Source: Octopus sinensis (Eukaryota). Taken from it: a stretch of DNA of 64,000 nt. Shown piece after piece: positions 52,663 through 64,000 of this stretch (position 1 is the stretch's first letter; each line of letters begins with the position of its first letter). The stretch is taken from the NCBI RefSeq assembly GCF_006345805.1, contig NC_043020.1, positions 14,012,001-14,076,000 of the forward strand. Reading direction: 5' to 3'. Both the position numbers and the translations under genes were made by a program. The notes under the pieces are model-generated. The model was not told where the DNA came from and searched no databases. It was given only the letters and a program-made list of their open reading frames with translations.

Positions 52663-52768
52663 ACTTGTGAAAATTATTTATTTTAAATGACACATTCATT
52701 TATAATATATATATATGTATGTATATATATAAATATAGATATATATATATACATATATATATTATATA

Positions 52769-52803
<35 letters not shown>

Positions 52804-54109
52804 ATATATATATATATCTATATATACTATATATATATATATATATATACATATATATATCTTATATATATATACATATCTATATATATACATATATATC
52901 ATATATATATATATACATATATAAATATATATATACATATATAATATATATAACATATATAAATATATATATTATATTATAAATATATATATATACTATA
53001 CATATATAATATTATATATATATACATATATAATATATATATATATATACATATAAATATAAATATATACATATATAAATCATATATATTATATATATTA
53101 TACAACCTATATAAATATCATATATATACATATATATATATTATATATAATACATATCTAAATATATATATATATACATATATAAATATATATATATATA
53201 TACATACATATATAAATATATATATATATATACATACATATATAAATGTATATAAAATCAAATCAATCAATCAAATCAAAACAATCAATAGATGAGCATA
53301 AATGGAATTTGTATCTTTGTGGTACCATGCCGGTGGCACACAAGAAAATCATCCGAACGTGGCCGTAGCCAGTACCGCATAGACTGGCCTCCGTGCTTTG
53401 GGGACGTAACAAACACCATCCGATCGTGGCCGTCCGCCAGCCTCATCTGGCACCTGTGTCGGTGGCACATAAAAACACAACCATCCGAGCGTGGCCGTCT
53501 GCCAGCCTCGTCTGGCACCTGCCAGCCTCATCTGGCCTGTGTCGGTGGCACATAAAAACCACCATCCGAGCGTGGCCGTCTGCCAGCCTCGTCTGGCACC
53601 TGTGTCGGTGGCACATAAAAACACCATCCGAGCGTGGCCGTTCGCCATCCTCGTCTGGCACCTGTGTCGGTGGCACATAAAATCACCCACTACACTCTCG
53701 GAGTGGTTGGCGTTAGGAAGGGCATCCTGTAGAAACACTGCCAGATCTGACTGGCCTGGTGCAGCCTTCGGGCTCCCCAGACCCCAGTTGAACCGTCCAA
53801 CCCATGCTAGCATGGAAAACGGACGCTAATGATGATGATGTGATGATGAGACATATATAAATATATATATACATATATAAATATATATATAAATATATAT
53901 ATACATATATAAATATATATATACATATAAAAATATATAAATATATATATACATATATAATATATATCACATATATAATATATATAACATATATGAAAAT
54001 ATATATATATATATACATATATAAATATATATATATATATACATATATAAATATATATATATATACATATATAAAAAAAAATATATTATATACATATATA
54101 AAAAAAAAA

Positions 54110-54148
<39 letters not shown>

Positions 54149-54236
54149 TAATATATATATACATATATAATATATATATACATCATATATATATACATAT
54201 ACACATATATATATACATATATACACAACTAGACCG

Positions 54237-54335
54237 ATCCATTTCTCGACCGTATTGTAACTTGCAATGAAGAGTAGATTTTGTACAATAATAAACAACA
54301 TTCTTCATAAAAGTTGGATCAAAATGCATCAGCCA
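54237..54335 (+). pseudogene. mariner transposase fragment
   Basis: Translates DPFLDRIVTCNEE*ILYNNKQHS, matching the mariner FLDRIVTCDEKWILYDN motif. Confidence 0.7.
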
Positions 54336-54729
54336 GACACAGTTTAGTGTGGCAGATTTTCTACAGATGAATGAATGCCCTTCCTGCTGACTGCTCTTAT
54401 CAAGTGTAACACTTCTTATCAAAGAAGTGTTACAAGGACTGCCTGAAGCAGTCCCTTGATGTTTGTGACATTGATTATCATGAGTGGTCCACTCTAACTG
54501 CTGACCGTGTTGCTTGGGGGGCCCATATCATCAGTAATAGTGTTTCCACCTTTGAGATCTCTTGCAGTGCCTCTCTTGAAGACAAACGTCAGAGGCCAAA
54601 ATATAATGCAGATGCATCATCATTGCAATGAGATATGTCAATCCCACATCAGCCTTATCAGCCATGAATAAGCGTGTAGATGACGTGGACAACACCATCC
54701 TAATCTTCGTCACTGAAGCCAAGTCATAA

Positions 54730-54764
<35 letters not shown>

Positions 54765-54766
<2 letters not shown>

Positions 54767-54960
54767 CAACTCAAAAATAAAACCGAAAACAAAAAGTCAA
54801 AAGGACTTAAACGGAAAATGTATTATTCGGTTGACACCCAGTTTAAGATGGAAAAAAGAGGAGGGGTGATGTTTCGAGCATTGGCTCTTCATCAGAAAGA
54901 GGAAAGAAGACAAGTCAGGAGAGAAAGAACTGAGTAATGCACATGTGTGGCTACATGGCT
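54765..54960 (-). mobile_element. PLE pLTR-like fragment with hammerhead core
   Basis: Minus strand CTGATGA-A-GAGC-CAAT-GCTC-GAAAC-ATC at about 54868-54895; it lies between (TA)n and (GA)n tracts. Stem I no longer pairs. Confidence 0.55.
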
Positions 54961-55750
54961 GAAGTGACCAGAAAAGAGAGAGAGAGAGAGAGAGAGAGAG
55001 TGTGTCTGTGTGTTGTGTGTGTGTTTCAGTCAATTGACTGCAGCCACACTGGAGCAGTGTGTTTTTGTTGAACAGTTCGACCCCAGGTCTTATTCTTTGT
55101 AAGCCTAGTATTTATTCTATCAGTCTCCTTGCTGAACTTCCAAGTTACAGGGATGCAAACACACACAGGCACACACACACATGCACACACATATACAATG
55201 GGCTTCTTTCAGTTTCCATCTACCAATCCACTCAAAGATTTGATCAGCCTGAGGCTATAGTTGAAGATATTTGCCCAAAGTGCCACACTGTGGGACTGAA
55301 TCTGGAACTATGTAGCTTGCTTCTTACTACACAGCCACACCCTGCACCTCTGTTGTTACCATTTTTACCCCTCTGCAAAAAGATCTCAGAATTTTAATTG
55401 ATTTGCTTTTCGCAGGAAGGAAAGTTTTCTTGTCGAAGATACGTCTCGCTTTTATCCTTTGAAACGTAGAGTAGATGAAACCTTTAGCAACTGAAGAAGG
55501 GGTTCTTTCTTTGTGTTAATTGTCCTGTACTCTATTTTTTTGCTGTTTTTAAAAAAATGTCCAGTTCCTTTGGTTTGTGTCTATGTTTTCGTTTCTCATT
55601 GTGTTTGACGTCCTTTTAGTGTCCTGTACTCATATATGCGTGTATATGTACATGTAGAGGTAGGTACGTACATATATGTTTATATACATATATGCATATG
55701 TTTTATTTTATTTATTAATATATATATATATATATATATACATACATACA

Positions 55751-57323
55751 CAGGGATTGGACAAAATAATGGAAACACCTAGCATCATAATTTTGAAATA
55801 TCTATAAAACGTCAAAAGCTTATTGCTTTTATGTTGTTGTTTTTTATTTATTATTAGTGTTGCTTAATATGTTTTGCTAAAATTGCTGTTTCTTTTCATA
55901 TATCATCAGAAAATGGTAATCAAAATTCATTAAGATAACAGATCTATCGAACTTTCAAGGAGGTAAGCCGAATATTTGGTGTATCAAGAAGTACTGTCTC
56001 AAAAGTAATGACAGCCTTTGAGAGGTTGAAACAAAACTTTCAGATAGGGACCGTCAGACTCTTATGCAAATTGTTAGAAAGGATCACAAAAATAGTAGGA
56101 GCACTCTGTTGGTTGCGACGATGAGGGTCCCAGCTGATACGATCAACGGAACAGCTTGCTCGTGATATTAACGTGCAAGTGGCTGAGCACTCCACAGACA
56201 CGTGTACGCTTAACGTAGTTCTCGAGGAGATTCAGCGTGACACAGATTGTGACAAGGCTGGCCCTTTGAAATACAGGTGCAAGAGAAACAGGAAGAAAAA
56301 GCGAGAGAAAGTTGTGGTGAAAGAGTACAGCAGGGTTCACCACCATCCCCTGCCGGAGCCTTGTGGAGCTTTAGGTGTTTTCGCTCAATAAACACTCACA
56401 ATGCCCGGTCTGGGAATCGAAACCGCGATCCTCTGACCGCGAGTCCACTGCCCTAACCACTGGGCCATTGCGCCTCCACATCACAAAAGTACAGCTCCCA
56501 AGATTACTGCAGAGCTTAATGACCACCTCAAGAACCCAGTTTCCACAAAAACTGTTCGCTGGGAGCTGCACAAAGCTGGATTTCATGGGTGGGCTGCAAT
56601 CAGAAAACCATTACTTTCAAAAACAAATGTTGCAAAGCGTTTAGAGTGAAGTAAAAACCTAAAGAATTGGTTCCCAGATCAGTGGAGGAATGTTATTTTC
56701 TCGGACAAGTCATCCTTTACCTTATTTCCAACCACCAGCCAAGTATACGTGTGGAGACAGCCAAAAGAAGCATTTGACCCAGACTGCCTTCTTCCAACTG
56801 TTAAACATGGAGGAGGATCTGTGATGATCTGGGGTGGCTATATCTTGGAATATGCTGGCCCAATAGTTTCCCTTCATGGCAGAATAAATAGTCAAGACTA
56901 TTTAAGCATTTTATCTGATCAAAGAAATCCTACGGTTGCAGAACTGTTTCCAGAGGGAAACACAATCATTCATAATGATAATGCACAAATTCACACAGCT
57001 AAATTTGTTACTGAATGGCACAAGGAATATTCTAGTGAAGTTGAACATCTTAAATGGCCACCACAATCCCCAGATCTCAATATTATTGAACATTTATGGT
57101 GCAGTTTAGAAAAACAAGTAAAGAGTCGATATCCTCCACCATCATCACTACAAGAACTGGAGACTGTTTTGGCTGAAGAATGGACAAAAATTCCTTTGGA
57201 AACAATTCAAACTTTGTATGAGTCCATACCTTGTAGAATTCAAGCTGTAATTACTGCCAAAGGCAGTCCTACTCCATATTAAAAAATATTTTATGACGTT
57301 TCCATTATTTTGTCCAACCCCTG
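55751..57323 (+). mobile_element. Tc1-like (DD34E) transposon with both TIRs and a decayed transposase
   Basis: TIRs cagggattggacaaaataatggaaac / gtttccattattttgtccaacccctg-TA. Peptides VIFSD(K)S, TVKHGGGSVMIWG, HNDNAQIH and WPPQSPDLNIIEHLW; in-frame stop near 56648; SINE inserted at 56098-56479. Confidence 0.92.
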
Positions 57324-57334
57324 TATATATGTAA

Positions 57335-57379
<45 letters not shown>

Positions 57380-57418
57380 CATATACATACATATATATAT
57401 AGATATCTATATATATAT

Positions 57419-57964
57419 GGTGGCTGCCCCCTCGTTATCGAGTATGGCCATTGCACAAAGCTTAATCAATGTTGTTATCGTGCAATGCCTGTGCAAGAAG
57501 ATTTTTTTTAAATGAGGAAAGGTTGTGCACTAAGTCAATCCCACTCACTAAGCAACAGCAGCCATAATCCAAAAAGAAGAACAAGTCAACATCATCGGTA
57601 ACCACTGAGCCACAGGTTTTATGTCGGTGTTATCCCAGTTACCCGAGTTATCTTCTCCTAGAAGGATGCCCTAACAAAGGCTAGGAGTCCTTCACTCCCA
57701 ATGGTTTAACCGCGCGATCGGGTATTCAGTCCAATTATTTCTATGCCCCCGCGCATGATACAGCCTTAAGACATTTATTGGATGACCGTTGACTCTCAAG
57801 AGTTCCTCCGCCCTTTGACGGGTTATGTTTTTCATCCCGCAGGGTGTCCAATAAACACCCTCCTCACCAAGCAAGCTTGGTGGGGTTGCCGGTTTAGTCG
57901 CCGACAACCCGACCATACAACAGGTTGTACTGGGTTACATGTTACCACTCGAAAGTGACCTGAC
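57419..57964 (-). mobile_element. Non-autonomous RTE-derived (bipartite) element
   Basis: RTE 5-prime-UTR-like motifs (ggcgactaaaccggcaacccc; cctagcctttgttagggcatcc) with no ORF. The 3-prime end tgcaatggccatactcgataacgag..gcagcca also occurs alone at 16293-16328. Confidence 0.55.
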
Positions 57965-59160
57965 ATATAATTGAACATTATATATATATATATACATACA
58001 TACACAAACACATACTCTCTGTCTCACAGTGTGTGAGAGGTAGGGAAAGATGACCAGAGACAAGAAGTCATGCAGAGAGATAAAATGTAGTAGTAGTAGT
58101 AAATGGATAGCTAGGAAGTCTTGCATTGAGACAAAGAGGAAAATAGGGTGTTTGACGTAAAGAGAAGAAGAAAGTAGATAAGGAGTATGATGTAAAATGA
58201 GAATGAAAGTAGATAAAGAGAAGTTTCGAAAGACAGATAAGTAAAATTCTAGTCTAAGATATCATTAATTAATCAATAAATTTAACCAAAAGAAAAATCA
58301 GGAATTCTATGTCCAACTCAATGCAATCTCAACATCAAAACGACCAAAAATATTGATTAATATTTGAATTGATTTCAGATGCTGCTGAGGTTGACTTTGC
58401 CTTTTAACCTTTCTGAATGAATAAAGTCAAGCACAGGGGTTAATGTAATCAACTTACCCTTAACCCCAAAACTTCTGGCTGTGTGCCAAAATTTCTCAAA
58501 CCAATATTTAAATTGATTTTTTTGCAGAATCCTGCTTTAAGCATCCCATATAAACCCTCATGACTTTTTTTTTTATTTTGGGAATTATACTTTTATAATT
58601 TTTCAAAATTTATTAGAAAAATTTTTTCTGTAATTTTCTGAATTTTCTTTTTCAAAACCACAGTTTGAAATAAAGACAGTCCAAATTTTTTGCTGAAATT
58701 CCAACAGTAGACCATTAAATGTGTTTATGGGGGAAAAGATATACTTTTCTACTCTAGGCACAAGGCCCGAAATATTATGGGGAGGGACCAGTTGATTAGA
58801 TGACCCCAATACACAAGTGGTACTTAATTTACTGACCCCAAAAGGATGAAAGGCAAAGTTGATCTCAGTGGAATTTGAACACAGAACGTAAAGACAGACA
58901 AAATACTATTAAGTATTTCACCAAACGTGCTAACGTTTCTGTCAGCTTGCCGCCTCTTACTCTTTTACTCGTTTCAGTCATTTGACTGCGGCCATGCTGG
59001 AGCACCGCCTTTAATCGAGCAACTCGACTCTGGGACTTATACTTTGTAAGCCCAGTACTTATTCTATCGGTCTCTTTTGCCGAACCGCTAAGTGACAGGG
59101 ACATGAACACACCAGCATCGGTTGTCGAGCGATGTTGGGAGGACAAACACTGACACACAA

Positions 59161-59195
<35 letters not shown>

Positions 59196-59929
59196 CATAT
59201 ATACAACAGGCTTGCTTACCAACCACATGGTTCTGGGTTCAGCCCCACTGCGTGACACCTTGGGCAAGTGTCTTCTACTATAGCCTCAGGCCGACCAAAG
59301 CCTTGTGAGTGGATTTGGTAGACGGAAACTGAAAGAGGCCCATCGTATATATGTATATATATGTGTATATATGTGTGTGTGCGTCTGTGTTTGTCCCCCC
59401 CAACATCACTTGACAACTGATGCTGGTGTGTTTACGTCCCCGTCACTTAGCGGTTCGGCAAAATAGACCGATAGAATAAGTACTGGGGTCGATTTGCTCG
59501 ACTAAAGGCAGTGCTCCAGCATGGCCACAGTCAAATGACTGAAACAAGTAAAAGAGTATACAGAGACTACAAGACAAAATAGGATCTATGTCACTTAATT
59601 TAGCACTAACATCTTTGCATGTTACCATTCTTTAATTCAATCACTTATTCCAAATTCACTCCAGATGTTTATCAAAAGTAAGAACTTAAAAAAGATGGAG
59701 AAAAATTGTGGAAAATATATAGAAAAAACCCATTTTTACTGCTTGACACAGAATGGGAGATATCTATGTCGTAAACAGTTAGAGGAACATGATATCAGTA
59801 GAAATATCTGGCCACAGGAAGTTGGGTGAAAAGGGGTGGGACGGGAGTGTTTGGTAATAGAAATGAATGGAGAAAGTAGAAATATAAGAGGTGTGTTTAG
59901 GAATGGAGTGAAGGCCATTAGCTGTATAT

Positions 59930-60440
59930 CTATGACGACGATGGTAATGATGTTGCTGCTGGTGGTGATGGTGGTGGTGGTGGCAGTGATGATGATTATA
60001 ATGGTATTCATGGCAATGACAATGATGATGCTGATGATGATGATGGTGGTGGTGGTGGCAATGACAAAGATGATAACTATGATGATGGTGGTGGTGGTGG
60101 TGGTGGTAGTGGTGACAGTGATGAAAATGATGGTGGTGGTGGTGGTGGTGGTGGTGGTGGTGGTGGTGGTGGTGATGACTGATGAAAATGATGATGGTGG
60201 TGGTGGTGGTGATGGTGACAGTGATGAAAATGATGGTGGTGGTGGTGGTGGTGGTGACAGTGATGAAAATGATGGTGGTGGTGGTGGTGGTTGTGGTGGT
60301 GGTGGTGGTGGTGACATGATGAAAATGATGGTGGTGGTGGCAGTGATGATGATGATGATTATTATAATGGTGTACATGGCAATGACAATGCTGATGATGA
60401 TGATGGTGGTGGTGGTGGCAGTGATGGTGGGGTTGGGGTG
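59930..60440. repeat. Compound (GGT)n/(GAT)n tract with internal duplicated blocks; similar tract at 6222-6419
   Basis: attataatggt..catggcaatgacaatg occurs near 59995 and 60360; ggtgacagtgatgaaaatgatggt is repeated. Confidence 0.92.
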
Positions 60441-60799
60441 ATCACGATGAGGAGGAGGAGGATGAGGATGGCTACAAAAAGTGAGAATATAAAGGGTGTG
60501 TTTAGCAACAATGGAGTGGAAGCGCAGAAAGTGGGGCAGAATTCAATCAGGAAAAACATAAACAATCCTTAAACATGTTTACACACAACGGGAGCGGGGG
60601 GGTTCTTATGAAGAAATATATTTTTATAAACATTAAGGTGTGTGTATATACAAGTTTTTACACAGCAAGGGGTGAGTTTATTAGAGACAAAAACTTTGGA
60701 TATACACCGAATGATAAAAATCTGTTTCTCAATATTTTAAATTCTAGTGGCTATACATACATCTACACAGACATATATATACAATTCTATACAAACACT

Positions 60800-61320
60800 T
60801 ATCATCATCATTGTTCGACCGTGGTCGAGACAATGGAATTTACCATGCTACGCCAGATTTCACGGTCCATCATAGCATTACGGAGGTCCTGTTGCTGGAT
60901 GCCTGTATCCCTGGAGATTACATCAGGGTAGGAGAGTGTGCACCCTCTGGTATTGCGAGTAGATGGCTTCCAGAGGAGAAGAGTAGAAATTGCCTCTTTT
61001 TCAGCTCTACAACAATGTCCAGCAAACTGGACTCTCCTACCTTTCACAAGAGATGACACAGGTGGTAGTTTCCCATATATTTGCATTTTGGTTGGATGAC
61101 GCTTCCACGAGAGATTTTGAGCTCTCATAAGGAGGCAAGTGTAGGTTCCATCCAACCGGCTCTCAAGCTTCTTTGATAACATCCAGGCTTCTGAGCCATA
61201 TAGTAGAATTGGTTTGACTGTGGCTTTGAAAATTTCAAGTTTGAAGTCTCTACTTAAGATTTGATAACCAGATTTTATGCATGTCATTACAGGCTGACCA
61301 GGCCATACCCTTTCTAGTTA
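60800..61320 (-). mobile_element. RTE-clade LINE 3-prime fragment
   Basis: KLEIFKATVKPILLYGSEAW...RRVQFAGHC...AMMDREIWR; (TGA)n tail. Confidence 0.9.
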
Positions 61321-61356
61321 GAAAATCTCAAACACTTATATAAATGCATGTCAATA

Positions 61357-61951
61357 CAGGTTCTTGTCAACTTACGACCTCTCCGACTTACGACTGATCG
61401 ACTTTAAGATGATTGACGCACCAGCTCCCGGCAGCAATAATAGTCCAGTTGAAATCTTATTTCTTTGTTGCCCACAAGGGGCTAAACATAGAGGGGACAA
61501 ACAAGAAAAGACAAAGGGATTAAGTCGATTACATCGACCCCAGTTCATAACTGGTACTTAATTTATTGACCCCGAAAGGATGAAAGGCAAAGTCGACCAC
61601 GGCGGAATTTGAACTCAGAACATAACGGCAGACGGGGTTTAATTTCTTAGAAATTAACCAGTCTATGGATGATGTCAGCCAACAAACACTTACCCTAGGT
61701 TTGGTTATCGATCACCACTGGTTATCCCAACTGTTGGATAAATATCCTGTCGTGGAAACATCAACTGCTTGAGACTCCAAAATTTTTGACTAACACCAGT
61801 ATAATAGTATAATACAAAATGCTGCATGTGGCTTTTACCTGAGAATGTACCTTAAGAATGTAAAAATATAAAACAAAGCTATGTAAGCCTATAGGCTGAC
61901 TTACGACCATTTAATCAGAACCAATTGTGGTCATAAGTCAATGATGACCTG
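61357..61951. mobile_element. pogo/Tigger-like MITE containing a family B SINE (61458-61635)
   Basis: TA TSD; TIRs caggttcttgtcaacttacgacc / ggtcataagtcaatgatgacctg; internal gacttacgac repeats. Confidence 0.7.
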
Positions 61952-63498
61952 TATATATCCGCCAAGGTTGACTTTGCCTTTCATCATTTTGGGGTTGGTA
62001 AAATGAGTACCAGTCATACACTGGGGTTGATGTAAGTGACCTGCCCCTTCCCCAAACTTGCTAGCCTTGTGCCAAAACTTTGAAAGCAATATATATATAT
62101 ATATATTATCGTCATCATCATCGTCGTCGTCATTGTCATTCAATGTCTGCTTTCCATGCTGGCATGGGTTGGACGATTTGACTGAGGACTGGTGAGCCAG
62201 ATGGCTGCACCAGGCTCCAATCTGATCTGGCAGAGTTTCTACAGCTGGATGGATGCCCTTCCTAACGCCAACCACTCTGACAGTGTAGTGGGTGCTTTTA
62301 CGCGCCACTGGCACGAGGGCCAGTCAGGTGGTACTGGCAACAGCCACGCTTGAATGGCGTTTTTTACGTGTCACCTGCACAGAAGCCAGTCCAGCAGCAC
62401 TGGCAATGACCTCGCTCAAATATTTTTTTTTTTCACGTGCTACAGGCACAAGTGCCAGTAAGGCAACGCTGGTAACGATCATGCTTGAATGGTGCTTTTT
62501 ACATGCCACCAGCATGGGAGCCAGTCAGCTGCCCTGGCAACGATCACGCTCGGATGGTGCTTGGTGTTTTAATCGATAACGAAGACAAACATCAATTTCT
62601 CTCAGTGATCAGCTTGAAAAATTAAGATATTTTCTTAAACATGGAACCAATGGTAGCCTTAATATACAAATAGAGGATCTTTATCCACCAATGCAGTGTG
62701 TGAGTGTTTTGATGTATGTTTGTTCTCCACCACCACTTGACAACAGATGTTTATGTCCTGGTAGCTTAGCAGTTAAGCAAAAGAGACCTATAGAATAAGT
62801 ACCAGGCATAAAGAAAAAAAGAAAACAAAAAAAAGTACTAGGGATCAATAATTCATTTGACTAAAAGTTCTTCAAAGCGGTGCCCCAACATGGCCATAGT
62901 CTAATGACTGAAACATGTCAAAGTAAAAGACCCCCCCCACACACACACTTCCACATAATGCAAACCTCACCATTCATTACATTTCAAGTAACTGCATTAC
63001 CTACTACAGCTACAAGACTTGGCACTGCACCTGTTGCAGTATTGACCATTGTCGTCCGCGGTAACCAAAAAAGTGAATGAATGTGATTAAGAACGTGATT
63101 TGTTTTTAGAATAATTATTAGTACTACTTTAGAGACATCAGATATTGCGAGTCTTCCTAACTCTGGTTAAAATTACCTGGAGTTAAGGGAAAGATTTGAA
63201 ACAGTGGTGAGTGTGACTCTTGGACTCATTATATTCTTTTATTCTTTTATACCTTTATTCTTTTATTCTTTTATACTGATTCAAGTCATTAGACTGTGGA
63301 CATGCTGGAGCACTGCCAAGAAGGGTTTTGGTTGAATAAATTGATCTCAGGACTTATGTTTTAAGCCTAGTACTTACTCTATCAGTCTCTTTTACTGAAC
63401 TGCTAAGTTATGGGGATGTAAACACACCAACACCGGTTGTCAAGTAGTGATGAGGGCACAAAGGACACACACACACATATACACATATATATACATAC

Positions 63499-63544
<46 letters not shown>

Positions 63545-63600
63545 GGTGTATATATATATAATATATATACAAATATATTATATAATATATATATATATAT

Positions 63601-63664
<64 letters not shown>

Positions 63665-63710
63665 GTGTATATATATATATAACAAATATATATATATATA
63701 TATGTGTGTA

Positions 63711-63742
<32 letters not shown>

Positions 63743-63873
63743 ATATATATATATATACAAATATATATATATATATATGTGTATATATATAATATTATAT
63801 ATATATATATATATATGTGTATATATATATATATACAAATATATATATATATATATATGGTATATAGTAATAT

Positions 63874-63914
<41 letters not shown>

Positions 63915-63953
63915 AATATATATTATATATATCATCATCATCATCGTTTAACG

Positions 63954-63993
<40 letters not shown>

Positions 63994-64000
63994 GGCTTCT

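Noticed and set aside
59736-60441. Proline-rich or Met/Val-rich ORFs (also 5882-6524 and 20815-21261)
   Set aside because: Trinucleotide repeat translations.

Overview
Eukaryotic, AT-rich, repeat-saturated genomic DNA, most likely an Octopus species; this is inferred from the tRNA-derived SINE families and the extreme (TA)n/(CA)n/(AAT)n/(GAT)n microsatellite load. The only host coding sequence I can support is one 140-bp minus-strand exon (30743-30882) of a MAPKAP kinase 2/3-type gene, which the ORF track misses. No other exon of that gene was recognised, so the window appears to lie inside its large introns. The rest is nested mobile DNA: at least six SINE-type families, R4/Dong, CR1 and RTE LINE fragments, Tc1/mariner/pogo remnants, TTAA piggyBac MITEs, Helentron-like elements and a solo LTR. 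Nearly all listed ORFs are microsatellite or repeat read-through. The most interesting layer is a set of short non-coding elements at (TA)n tracts that carry minimal type-I hammerhead ribozyme motifs and/or long fold-back inverted repeats, both hallmarks of Penelope-like element (PLE) pseudo-LTRs. One hammerhead has a fully intact core (38246-38331). One element joins a tRNA-like Pol III head to a hammerhead-bearing tail (40874-41390), a candidate PLE-mobilised SINE. Coordinates were read by eye and repeat boundaries are approximate; family labels A-G are my own.
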